Below, one piece after another: positions 8,424-17,639 of a DNA stretch of 32,000 nucleotides (the stretch's first letter is position 1; the number at the start of each line of letters is the position of its first letter). A model generated the notes under the pieces. The model saw only the letters and a program-made list of their open reading frames with translations, was not told the origin of the DNA and searched no databases. This DNA is from Pseudodesulfovibrio piezophilus C1TLV30. GTDB taxonomy: Bacteria > Desulfobacterota > Desulfovibrionia > Desulfovibrionales > Desulfovibrionaceae. A program made the translations under genes and the position numbers. The stretch covers positions 3,062,411 to 3,094,410 of the forward strand of contig NC_020409.1 in the NCBI RefSeq assembly GCF_000341895.1, read 5' to 3'.

Positions 8424-11400
8424 CTAGCTCATGAAGAAGGTTGAAAGACAGCTGGCGAGGTACTCATTAACCTTCTGCGAGAGCCGCTTAACCCCCAGGA
8501 TATCCGCCAAGTCCCGGACTCGGTCTTTGCTCATCACAAGCTCAGGATGGTCAGCTATAAGCCCGAATAGTTCGTGGCGCGAGATGTCTGTGACGGCTCT
8601 ACCTTCGATGGTCCTATAAGGGACCTTTTCCTGATAAGTTCCAGGTGACCAGATAAAAGTCGTCTTACCTTCCTTGCGGAGTTCATTTTTGCCGAGGCAG
8701 GTGTCGATTTGCTGCCGGATGTTGGCACCGGTTCTTTTCCAGCCGTGGGCTTTGCAGATAGTCCGGGCCAGTCGGTCGGCCTCAATGGGGCCTTCTTTCT
8801 CTACCAGATAGTCGATCAGTTGACAGAGAATCGGTGTGTATCCGGCATCGAAGAAACGGTCCGCATCCGGTTGGACGGGCCATTTGATAGGCGAGATATT
8901 ACTTGAGACCGTCGAATCCTCCACCCCGGTTGATTTGGCATATTTTGAGTGTTGATCTGGTGGTTCCAGATCAGAATACGGAAGCTCAAGTTCATTGCTT
9001 ACATTGGGAAGCTTGACTTGTCTTGAAACCCGAGGCTGCAAAACATGCTCTTCTTCCGGTTGTGATTTCATGGTTTCCGCAACAAGCTCTTCGGGCACCT
9101 CCCTCCATTCCTCTTCTTGCTCGGATTGTTCTTTGGCCTGGGCTTCTAGTGCCTTCTCCTTTTGGCGGGAGTTTTCGAGAAGCTCCTCAAGTTCTGTATG
9201 AACCCGTTTGAGCGCTTCCGTAGGAGTCATGAACCAGTCTGTTGACCATATGCGGATGATGTTCCACCCGAGGTTACATAGGACCGTCTCACGGATTTTG
9301 TCTCGATCCCGTGCGCTTGCGGAACTGTGGTAGGTTGCGCCGTCACACTCAACGCCCGCCAGGTAGGCACCTGCGTGATCGGGATGGACCACGCCCAGGT
9401 CGATTCGGTAATCGGAAACACCGATTTGAGGTCGTATCTCCCAGCCCTTGTCTTGAAGAGCGGACATGACGGCTTCTTCAAACGGACTCTCCGCATCACC
9501 AACGGAATCACCCCTACCCGCACCGCACGGGAGCGCTATCGGGCCTCGCTTGGCGTAGTCAAGAAAGGTCTTGAGATGGGCCACGCCAAGGGCCTTGGTC
9601 CGCGATGTGTCGATGTCATCGGCCTCAATTGATGAGAAGACATGCATTTCGGATCGGGCGCGCGTTACGGCGACGTTTAGGCGTCTTTCTCCTCCATCCC
9701 GATTGAGCGCGCCGAAACTCATTGACATTTTGCCTCCATTGTCTCTTCCGAAGGTAATGGAGAAGCACATGATGTCCCGTTCGTCGCCCTGAATGTTTTC
9801 CAGGTTCTTGACGATGACCGGTTCTTCCCGATTTTCGCTGAAGAACCACTCGAGTTTCGGGTTGGAGCGTCGGGCCTCGTCAAAAAGATTGAGGATCAGT
9901 TCCTGTTGCTGAATGTTGAATGTGATGACGCCGAGGGTCGGTCGCGTCTCCTTTGGGAGTTGTAGCCAGCGTTCCAGTCGTGACCTGGCAAACCCGACGA
10001 TTTCTCTCGCTTCCGTGATGTTGGTACGGCCCGTGCCTCTCGCATACGCGCCGTCGCTTTTGTGAAAAACAAGGGCATCTGATTCTGTTTTGGGCGAAGG
10101 GAAGGTGATGAGCCTACCACCATAATAGTGATGGTTCGAGAACGAGATCAACGACTCATCTCGGCTTCGGTAATGCCAGTTCAATTGGACTTCCGGCAGG
10201 CCAGCCGCACTGGCTTCTTCGAGAATACTGGGCAGGTCTTTTTCATATTCGGCAAGGTCTTCCTCGTCCTCGTCATCGGTACGGCCGAAGAAGTTGGTGG
10301 GTGGCAACTGTTTCGGGTCGCCCACGATGATGGATTGTTTGGCCCTGGCAATAGCCCCGACCGCATCCCACGTCGTGATCTGGGAGGCTTCATCGAAAAT
10401 GACCACATCAAATTGAGTCTGGTCAGCGGGAAGGTATTGAGCCACTGAAAGCGGTGACATGAGCATGCATGGTGCCAGCTTCGTGAACACGGTTGGCGTG
10501 TTTTCGAGCAATTTACGGATGGAAAGGCTCGGCCGTTGCAGCCCAAGCTGGTGCCTCAATGTTCCCAATTCCGAGCGGCGAGGGACGCTATCCCTGGCGG
10601 GAAGCCCATGCGATGTCTTAATCAATACCTGATTCGAGGCCATTTTTTGAACGGCTTCGTCCCTCTTGCGAAACTCTCGTATCAAATCTTCATGGGACCA
10701 TTTGCGGAAGCCACGAAGCTCAGAACTGGCGTCTATGACGAGGGGCAACCACCAATGGAAATATGCCACCCGGAAATCCAACTTGGCGTTTTCGATCTGC
10801 CCGGTTGGTAGTGCCTTCAGAAACGGATCAAGGCCCAGTGCCCGTGCTTCCTCTCTGACCGCCACCCAACGGACCCAATCCGCCAGTTGTGTCTTGTGGG
10901 CAATCAAATGTCGTAGGTTCGTTTCAAGGGACTCTATCGACGGGATATGCAGCTTTCCTTTGGAGTGAACAGCGTAGGCATCACAGGCCGATTTGAATTC
11001 CCTGAGCGCTGAATGAAATGCCGTTGCCAGGCGTTCGGCGTCAGGTTGTTGCTGCCCGTGATTGAGCAGGGAGTCCAATGCGGCTCCAAACTGCTGGGCA
11101 TCAGAGGCATAACGCCGAACATCGGCGAGCGCTTGTTGCAGATCCCCAGCACCTTTGAGATATTCCAATACGTTGGAATGGTCGGTTTCTTCGTTTCGAA
11201 ATACCGGAAGCCCTGCCAGCTCGCTCAGGTCGATGGTTTCAATGTTGTTTTGGATTTCCCGCAGGGGAATTATTTCCGAAGCGACATCCACCTTGCCGTC
11301 CGCTGCATAGCTTTGGAGAAGTTTGCCGATTCGCCTGCGCCCGAAGGCCGAGAGTGGCCACATTTTGGCATTTGCCTCGCGCCATTGACGGTCGATGTCG

Positions 11401-14330
11401 TCCACGGGGATGCGTTTCAGTTCGGCGTTTTCGTAGCTAGCCGTGAGGTTCGACCGGGCCTGGCGAATGATGGTGATGGCGGCGGCGAGAGATGCCGCGG
11501 CTTCTTCCAAACGGCCCAATTCCGCATCGACGACCTTGCTGTAGTCCTGCCCGGAAGCGATCCGGCAAACCTCATGGAATCGATTGAGTTGCTTTATGCG
11601 CTCAAGATTTGTTTCCTCAGCGTTTGGTAGCCCTATCTTATGCGCCAAGGCGTCGGCGGTTTCCTTGAGTTGGGGAATAGTAGCCAAAATTGATTCGGCG
11701 TGTTCAATCAGACTGTTTTGCCAAGAAAACGTCCATTCCTCAGCGTCGATGCTGTCGAATCCCTTGCAGTCGCGGACAATGGCGTGAATTCTGTCCGCGC
11801 GTATTGCGGTCTCCTCAAGCCTGGCGAACATGCCCGGATCGTGCGCATTGAGATTGTCGAACGTGAGAGTGAACCGTGGGCGATGTCCGGCGACAACGCC
11901 GATGGCCTGGAAAACACTGAAGCCGTGGCTACCAGGTGCATGAAGTTGTTCCACATACCTGTTGAGTTGGTCTCTTGCCGCCTCAAGTTGGCTTGTTGCA
12001 CGGTCCCAGGAATCCGTCGCATATTTTTCACTACGTTCCCAAGCGGCTCCCAGTTGGGCCAGAACACGTTTCCTGTCGGATTTATTGGAGTGGAGTTCAA
12101 GGCAGACGTCGCCAAGCCCGTATGCCTTCAATCGGCGGTAAACCACGTCCAGCGCCGCTGATTTCTCCGCCACAAAAAGAACGCGTTTCCCCACGGAGAG
12201 GCACTGGGCGATCATGTTGGCGATTGTCTGGCTTTTCCCTGTGCCGGGAGGGCCGATGACAACGAAGTCGTGTCCGTTCATGGCCGCAACAACGGCAGCC
12301 AACTGGGAGCTGTCGGCGGGAAGCGGAGTCAGCAGGTCATGCAGGGGGATCTTTTTGTCGATCTCGTTGGGCAGGGGAAGACAGGGGCCGTCACACGCTT
12401 GGACAAAAGGAGTCTCGGGCGAGTCTATGAGATGTTTGACAAGCCGGTTGTTTCTCAGGTCCTCGGTTCGGTCGACCAAATCCTTCCACATGAGATACTT
12501 GGCAAAAGAAAACGTGGAAAACGCCGCCTCCTCCTCAACAACTTCAAATCCTGGGATGTCCCGCACGGCCTGGCGCATGAGCGAGAAGACCAAAGGGACG
12601 TCGATACCTGATTCGTCTTTTGGGAGCTCTCCTTCCAAGGACGGGACCCTGAGTCCGAAATCCCGCTGCAAGAATTGAAGGAGGGTCGAGTTGATGCGGA
12701 TGTCATCCTCATGGTGTGCAAGATAAAAATCCGATTTCGCCGAACGGCGTTTCAGGGAAACCGGGAGCAGGAGGATGGGGGCTCGATACAGCGTCGGGTC
12801 GTTTTCCGTTTTCTTCCACCTGAGGAAGCCCGCCGCCAGGTAGAGGGTGTTGGCGCCGCCTTCCGCGAGTTCGCTGTTAGCCTTGCGGAAAAGCGTGATC
12901 AGCCGGTTGCGCATCTCGTTTCCGGTAAGGTCGATACAGAGCTGCTTGCGCTCCAGGGCATCCTTGGCGAACTCTTCATGGATGTCTTTGCCGTATTGTT
13001 GTTGATACAGTTCCGGATCCCGTGCGCCGACAGGATTTTCATCCTTGAGGGATATGACCCGGAAGCGGCTTCCGTCCGCCAGCATGTCTTCCAGTCTCGG
13101 AAGATCCGGGCACAAGACCGGGATGGTCTGCTTGGTGTCCTTGAAGTTGAGGAGGCGATTTCGAAGGGTCAGGTCAAGGAGTTTTCGTTGCCAGCGGTCT
13201 ATCCTGTCCTGAGGTGTCTGGGGCGTTTCGTCGATGACTTCACCCGGCAACATGCCGAAGTCCGGTTCCGGCGGGAGAGCCGCCGGGGCAACTTCCTCTG
13301 CGGCTTCCTTTGATGATTCTTCGACATGATGGGCAGCGAGGGGAGTGACACCTGCAAAACGAGCCCTGCGGATGTCCACGGCACGCTTGAAGTCGATCTC
13401 GTATTTTTCGTTGAGTTTCACCCTGGCATTCTGAACTGCCTGGGTGAAGCCAGCGACGGGGCGACTTGTTACCAAGGTCGTTTCAAATGCCTCGAATTCA
13501 CGCGCCGCGATGGCTTTGCGGAGTTCGACGACATCCGGTTCTTCAATGGAGGGCAGGGGCTTGTCCGCAAGCCAAACGCCCGTAAAGGCGTGTCCCTTGG
13601 TAAAGATAATGACAGGGTTGAGCCCCGCCGCTTCAAGCGCACCAGCAAATAGCAGCGAGCTGTCGAGGCAGGTGACCAACCCCTCGTCGTGTATTCTCCG
13701 CGGCCCTCGGACCTTCTGCCCTCTGGATTCAAAAGAGGCGGGAGGCTGCGCGTAACTCAGGGCCTTTTCGGTGATGGCCGACCATATGCCGGCAGCAAGC
13801 ATGTACGCCCGTTTGGGGTTTTGATCCTGGTACCCGTTGAGCGCCCCGTTGTGACCACCCTTTTCCAGGAGTATACTTGCCCGTTTGCAAACTTTTGCGA
13901 CAACGGGATCGTTCGGCGAGACAAACGCGGCGAGGATGCTGGCCATTTCGCCCAAGCCGCCCCATTCGTCTCGCGCCAGAAGCCTGATGGGCAGAATCTG
14001 TTCGCCCAAGGCCGCCTCGTTCTGGCGAAGCCGGAAGGTCAGTTGTCCACGCTCAGCTTCGTTGAGCCCATCGAAAAAAGCGAAGTCGTATTCCAATCGC
14101 AAGTCGGAGAGGGATATGTCGCTATTGGCATGTATTCTGTCGATGGTCCAAGTCTTGTTCCGGCAAAACGGAGGGTGAGGAGTGAGCTCCAGGGTGATAT
14201 TCTCAACAGGCACATCCGAGGTGTTGCGGATTTGGATGCTACGCAGGATTGGAACCGAATTTTGCGCGGAGGCAAAATTGATGCATTCGGCTGCGGATAT
14301 TACCAAAGTGAGCGTGCTGTTCGTATTCAT
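8424..14330 (-). CDS. 1968-aa fusion: transglutaminase-like N-domain, DUF4011-like region, Upf1-like SF1B helicase, Vsr/DUF559 endonuclease, DUF3320-like C-terminus (Hhe-like candidate defence protein)
   Basis: Single uninterrupted ORF. Cys/His core: GLVTCLDSSLLFAGALEAAG (Cys codon 13668-13670) and FTKGHAFTGVW (His codon 13590-13592). DUF4011-like LLDLTLRNRLLNFK. Helicase motifs: GPPGTGKS (12231-12254), DEAS (10383-10394), GDPKQLPP, WHYRSR, QGDERD, NVAVTRAR. Endonuclease: YRIDLGV...VECDGATYH (ECDG at 9339-9350)...GWNIIRIWSTDW. Then an acidic linker and a C-terminal EGPIEADRLARTICKAHGW segment. Confidence 0.85.
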   Translation of the reverse strand: MNTNSTLTLVISAAECINFASAQNSVPILRSIQIRNTSDVPVENITLELTPHPPFCRNKTWTIDRIHANSDISLSDLRLEYDFAFFDGLNEAERGQLTFRLRQNEAALGEQILPIRLLARDEWGGLGEMASILAAFVSPNDPVVAKVCKRASILLEKGGHNGALNGYQDQNPKRAYMLAAGIWSAITEKALSYAQPPASFESRGQKVRGPRRIHDEGLVTCLDSSLLFAGALEAAGLNPVIIFTKGHAFTGVWLADKPLPSIEEPDVVELRKAIAAREFEAFETTLVTSRPVAGFTQAVQNARVKLNEKYEIDFKRAVDIRRARFAGVTPLAAHHVEESSKEAAEEVAPAALPPEPDFGMLPGEVIDETPQTPQDRIDRWQRKLLDLTLRNRLLNFKDTKQTIPVLCPDLPRLEDMLADGSRFRVISLKDENPVGARDPELYQQQYGKDIHEEFAKDALERKQLCIDLTGNEMRNRLITLFRKANSELAEGGANTLYLAAGFLRWKKTENDPTLYRAPILLLPVSLKRRSAKSDFYLAHHEDDIRINSTLLQFLQRDFGLRVPSLEGELPKDESGIDVPLVFSLMRQAVRDIPGFEVVEEEAAFSTFSFAKYLMWKDLVDRTEDLRNNRLVKHLIDSPETPFVQACDGPCLPLPNEIDKKIPLHDLLTPLPADSSQLAAVVAAMNGHDFVVIGPPGTGKSQTIANMIAQCLSVGKRVLFVAEKSAALDVVYRRLKAYGLGDVCLELHSNKSDRKRVLAQLGAAWERSEKYATDSWDRATSQLEAARDQLNRYVEQLHAPGSHGFSVFQAIGVVAGHRPRFTLTFDNLNAHDPGMFARLEETAIRADRIHAIVRDCKGFDSIDAEEWTFSWQNSLIEHAESILATIPQLKETADALAHKIGLPNAEETNLERIKQLNRFHEVCRIASGQDYSKVVDAELGRLEEAAASLAAAITIIRQARSNLTASYENAELKRIPVDDIDRQWREANAKMWPLSAFGRRRIGKLLQSYAADGKVDVASEIIPLREIQNNIETIDLSELAGLPVFRNEETDHSNVLEYLKGAGDLQQALADVRRYASDAQQFGAALDSLLNHGQQQPDAERLATAFHSALREFKSACDAYAVHSKGKLHIPSIESLETNLRHLIAHKTQLADWVRWVAVREEARALGLDPFLKALPTGQIENAKLDFRVAYFHWWLPLVIDASSELRGFRKWSHEDLIREFRKRDEAVQKMASNQVLIKTSHGLPARDSVPRRSELGTLRHQLGLQRPSLSIRKLLENTPTVFTKLAPCMLMSPLSVAQYLPADQTQFDVVIFDEASQITTWDAVGAIARAKQSIIVGDPKQLPPTNFFGRTDDEDEEDLAEYEKDLPSILEEASAAGLPEVQLNWHYRSRDESLISFSNHHYYGGRLITFPSPKTESDALVFHKSDGAYARGTGRTNITEAREIVGFARSRLERWLQLPKETRPTLGVITFNIQQQELILNLFDEARRSNPKLEWFFSENREEPVIVKNLENIQGDERDIMCFSITFGRDNGGKMSMSFGALNRDGGERRLNVAVTRARSEMHVFSSIEADDIDTSRTKALGVAHLKTFLDYAKRGPIALPCGAGRGDSVGDAESPFEEAVMSALQDKGWEIRPQIGVSDYRIDLGVVHPDHAGAYLAGVECDGATYHSSASARDRDKIRETVLCNLGWNIIRIWSTDWFMTPTEALKRVHTELEELLENSRQKEKALEAQAKEQSEQEEEWREVPEELVAETMKSQPEEEHVLQPRVSRQVKLPNVSNELELPYSDLEPPDQHSKYAKSTGVEDSTVSSNISPIKWPVQPDADRFFDAGYTPILCQLIDYLVEKEGPIEADRLARTICKAHGWKRTGANIRQQIDTCLGKNELRKEGKTTFIWSPGTYQEKVPYRTIEGRAVTDISRHELFGLIADHPELVMSKDRVRDLADILGVKRLSQKVNEYLASCLSTFFMS

Positions 14331-14414
14331 GTCACTGCCTCGAATTCATCAAGATACGTTTGAATTTTCGTTTTCCGTTGGAGTTAATCAATACACATTA
14401 TAGAAAGGGTTGAA

Positions 14415-14858
14415 AAGAAGCGGACGCGAAGCATACTCAATATGCGGCATTGGCACGATATGCTCAGTGACGGATGATGCTTATCGACCATCTGCCGCCT
14501 TTGCTCATTGGTCACTTCCGAGCGAAGGCCTTTTGTAAAAAATCATTCTCGATTGTGAGCTGTCCGATCTTTGCGTGCAGCTCCTTGAGATCGTTTTCTT
14601 CTTGGCTCTTGCGGCTCTGAACTTTGCCGGAAAAACCAGCAGCGATTAGTTCCTTGGCTTGCTTTTTTCAAGTCGAGACTTGATTGGGGTGAATTTTGTA
14701 CTTGCTGGCCAGCTCTGAGAGCGTCATCTCGCCCGATAATGCATCAAGCGCAATCTTGGCCTTGAACTCTGCTGAAAAGCGTCTTCTCTTGGACATTGCT
14801 TGAAGTCCTTCTCGTCGTTGGACTCCACCTTAATGGCCTGTCCAGAAAACCGCTACCA
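14415..14858 (-). mobile_element. IS3-family insertion-sequence remnant (left end, orfA, and the first ~30 codons of orfB only)
   Basis: Terminal sequence TGGTAGCGGTTTTCTGGACAGG (complement, starting at 14858) resembles an IS3/IS150-group end. orfA and the start of orfB (NEQRRQMVDKHHPSLSISCQCRILS) are recognisable. Similarity fades near 14415, so the catalytic DDE region and the right end are missing. Confidence 0.7.
14512..14796 (-). pseudogene. IS3 orfA (HTH transposase subunit) with an in-frame TGA
   Basis: Hand translation: MSKRRRFSAEFKAKIALDALSGEMTLSELASKYKIHPNQVST*KKQAKELIAAGFSGKVQSRKSQEENDLKELHAKIGQLTIENDFLQKAFARK. The stop (complement of 14668-14670) replaces the conserved Trp of the STWKKQ motif (TGG to TGA). 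Confidence 0.75.
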
Positions 14859-14917
14859 CCTCTGTTGTAATGTGCCGACGAGTTGTGGCACTCTCCCAAC
14901 AAGATATTTCGACGATT

Positions 14918-14934
14918 GTTCCATATTCTGGAAC
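14918..14934 (+). promoter_or_regulatory. Inverted repeat upstream of the AddB-like gene (candidate operator)
   Basis: GTTCCA-tattc-TGGAAC has perfect 6-bp arms and ends 56 nt before the ATG at 14991. Pattern only. Confidence 0.2.
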
Positions 14935-14990
14935 GATGTTGTGGCTATCTAGTCTGAAAGATCGCAGAACGCGGAAGGGAAACGGGCTTC

Positions 14991-17639
14991 ATGAAAATAC
15001 ATGTCGGATATCATTTTGACGGTGGGAGCTTCCCGGATGAGCTGGGAACAGATGTCGCTGCAGAGGGGGTAATCACGACCGGCCCGCTCGGCTTGATAAG
15101 TATCCTTGAAACCCGTTTGGGGCTGGTTGGGCCTAAGCCGGGGCAGCCGATTCGCATTGCCCGCTATTTGGCTGCAATGGAAACTCGTTGCAAAATGGGC
15201 GATCCCTTTTACAAAAAATCCTTTGAAGCAGACGGCTGGTCTTCAGCAAGGAGCTTGCTCGCCTTGCGGGATCAACTCCGATTGTCCGGATGGGACGGCA
15301 GCGATATGGGGGGCTCGGCGCGATTGGCCGACATGGTCGCTCTTGAGAAGGAATCGGACATTTTGCCGGGCCTTGCGGAGCGTATTGAAGAGATTCTCGG
15401 GGCTCTCGCCACGTATGGCATTTCAGGGATTTCAGAAATAGCTCTAAATGGGCATGAGCAAGTGGAATGGCCGTCCTGCTGGCGCAGGCTTTTTGCCGCA
15501 CTGGAAGCGGCGGATGTCAGCATCGACGTGGTTCAGCCCGAATATTCCTCGGGCACTTCCTCTGATCTGGAACTGTTACACCGGGCCCTTTGCGCTCAGG
15601 ATATTGGCGACGCAGCTTTTCAGGCGGACGGTTCGCTGATTTGCTTGAGCGCATCCACGGCCCTGGAGGCTGCCGATGCCTTGGGCGCGTGGCTTTCCGC
15701 CGAAGAAACCACGGAAGGAACCGTAGCCATTGTAGCAGAGTCCGTAACAGAAGTTCTCGATGCCGCCATGCGTCGATATGGTTTGCCTCGTCCTGGCGGC
15801 GGAGGTCGATCCCAATGGCGGGCGGCGTTGCAGTTGTTGCCCTTGGGGTTGGGCATTCATTGGGCTCCATTCGATCCGCAACGCTATCTGGAATTTTTGA
15901 CTGCCCCGATTTGTCCCTTGCATCCGGCCATGGCTGGTCGGCTTGTCCGCGCCCTTGAAAAGTCCCCTGGTCTGGGAGGGAAACAATGGCTTGGGGCCCT
16001 TGCCAAGTGTGAAGAGTGGGCGAAGAAGCGAGAAAATGCAGACGAGTTGCTGGAGGCTCTGCGTTTTTGGACCGAGGTCAAAAGGGTTTCGCCTCATGCC
16101 GGTTTGGATGTGGAGACGATCCGAACCGTCTGCCAACGTCTGAGCGACTGGTCCGCAAAGGGCGCAAGGTCCCGGGAAGGTGGGCTGATGGGCGCGGTTT
16201 CCGGCATGGCGTTGGAACTTGCCGAAGCCGCGAGGGCAACAGGCCGACAGGCCATCCCAAAATCGCAATTGGACCGGATGCTTGATTCGGTCATAGGCGG
16301 CGGTGCCGCAGTTGCAGACAGGGCCGAAGCTTCGCCGTGGGTTGTCTTGTCGCATCCGGGGCAGATCGGCGGGAACATCGATACAGTCATTTGGTGGAAT
16401 TTTTCCATGACGGGACTGCCGTCCGGGCGTTTGCCGTGGACCAATGGCGAAGTGGAAGCCCTAAGCAAGGCCGGTGTCCACATGGATGATGTTGATTTAC
16501 AACGGAACCTGGAGCTTTCATCCTGGCAACAGGTTGCGTGTAATGCCGGTAAGCGGCTGGTCCTGGTCATGCCGGAACAGGACGGAGGCGAACCGCTGGC
16601 CCCGCATCCCTTCTGGGAAAACATCGTTGCCGCCATGAATCTTTCCGAAGAGACGGATATCCCGGCCATGACGATATCGGCTTCACAGCTTCGTCGTGGT
16701 AACGGCGCACTGTTGGAAAGATCCATTTCCCTTGATCCCTTGCCGGAAAATGCGGCCCTGGAATTTCAGGAGGCATGGCAGGCTCCGAAAGACGTCATTG
16801 AAAGACGGAAAAAGGAATCGCCGTCGGGGATGTCGCAACTCATCAAGTGCCCTCTGGCCTGGGTGCTCAATCATGTGCTCAAGATCAGCGCCACCGGCAG
16901 CCCGACGCTTGCCGAGGGGAATCAACTCATCGGTTCGTTTTGCCATTCCATTGTCGAGGATCTGATCAACGAATCCCGCTGTTGGAAGCCGGAAGACGCT
17001 GTTGCCCGGGCAATGACCTTGTTTGAATCCCGGCTCAAGGAAATGGCGGCATCATATCTCCTGCCCGGCATGGAAACCAAACGGGAGCAACTCCGTTACG
17101 GGCTTCGCCGTGCGGTCTTCGATTTGTTCAACCGCATCGAGGGCGCAAAGCTCTCAATCGTCGAAAGCGAAAGGGAAGTTGAGCGGATTGACGCGGGAGG
17201 CCAGACATATCGGGGTTACGTCGATATCAGCCTTGAGGATACCAAGGGCAATCCCGTCGTCTGGGATATGAAGTGGACCAACAAGAGCAAGTACCGGCGT
17301 GAGGAATTGGAAAAGGGCATCGCCCTCCAACTGGCGGCCTATTGCTGGATGCTCGACAAGGACGACCTCCCTGCGTTCGGCGCCTATTACATGCTGGCCC
17401 AGGCTCAACTCATTTCCTCCTCGGCCCCATGGCTCCCTCCGGAAGACGTTGTTGATTCCGATTTGAAAGCCACATGGGAGATGGTGCGGGAACGATACGA
17501 CGCCATCATTGATCGCCTGATGACCGGGGATGTGGAGGCCGTCGCGCCCAGTGACGACGGCGAGGAGAAGGAGTTCGATTTCGGCACAGGCTGCTTCTTC
17601 TGTGATTACGCGATGGTTTGCGGGGTTGGATATGAGTAA
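14991..17639 (+). CDS. AddB/RexB-like PD-(D/E)XK nuclease subunit with a Cas4/AddB-type Fe-S cysteine set and no recognisable Walker A
   Basis: 882-aa ORF. Nuclease motif GYVDISLED...VVWDMKWT (D at 17223-17225; D-M-K at 17265-17273). Cysteines: C in LIKCPLAW (16848-16850) plus a C-terminal CFFCDYAMVC, i.e. C-x2-C-x5-C (17592-17621). I could not find a GxxGxGK[ST] motif by eye. Confidence 0.75.
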   Translation: MKIHVGYHFDGGSFPDELGTDVAAEGVITTGPLGLISILETRLGLVGPKPGQPIRIARYLAAMETRCKMGDPFYKKSFEADGWSSARSLLALRDQLRLSGWDGSDMGGSARLADMVALEKESDILPGLAERIEEILGALATYGISGISEIALNGHEQVEWPSCWRRLFAALEAADVSIDVVQPEYSSGTSSDLELLHRALCAQDIGDAAFQADGSLICLSASTALEAADALGAWLSAEETTEGTVAIVAESVTEVLDAAMRRYGLPRPGGGGRSQWRAALQLLPLGLGIHWAPFDPQRYLEFLTAPICPLHPAMAGRLVRALEKSPGLGGKQWLGALAKCEEWAKKRENADELLEALRFWTEVKRVSPHAGLDVETIRTVCQRLSDWSAKGARSREGGLMGAVSGMALELAEAARATGRQAIPKSQLDRMLDSVIGGGAAVADRAEASPWVVLSHPGQIGGNIDTVIWWNFSMTGLPSGRLPWTNGEVEALSKAGVHMDDVDLQRNLELSSWQQVACNAGKRLVLVMPEQDGGEPLAPHPFWENIVAAMNLSEETDIPAMTISASQLRRGNGALLERSISLDPLPENAALEFQEAWQAPKDVIERRKKESPSGMSQLIKCPLAWVLNHVLKISATGSPTLAEGNQLIGSFCHSIVEDLINESRCWKPEDAVARAMTLFESRLKEMAASYLLPGMETKREQLRYGLRRAVFDLFNRIEGAKLSIVESEREVERIDAGGQTYRGYVDISLEDTKGNPVVWDMKWTNKSKYRREELEKGIALQLAAYCWMLDKDDLPAFGAYYMLAQAQLISSSAPWLPPEDVVDSDLKATWEMVRERYDAIIDRLMTGDVEAVAPSDDGEEKEFDFGTGCFFCDYAMVCGVGYE

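Noticed and set aside
8431-14363. Many 60-224-aa ORFs on both strands overlapping the 1968-aa gene (for example 11013-11630, 12675-13313, 13689-14363)
   Set aside because: They are shadow ORFs typical of long high-GC genes. None has recognisable motifs, while the long frame has helicase and nuclease motifs throughout.
14886-14901. TGGCAC-tctcc-CAACA upstream of the AddB-like gene as a sigma-54 promoter
   Set aside because: The -24 element matches, but the -12 element lacks the conserved TGC at the right spacing.
17530-17631. 34-codon 5' extension of the AddA-like ORF given in the track
   Set aside because: It lies entirely within the C-terminal coding region of the upstream gene and encodes an Arg/Ser-rich peptide. 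ATG 17632 gives the canonical N-terminus, with the Walker A 11 residues in, and overlaps the upstream stop (ATGAGTAA).
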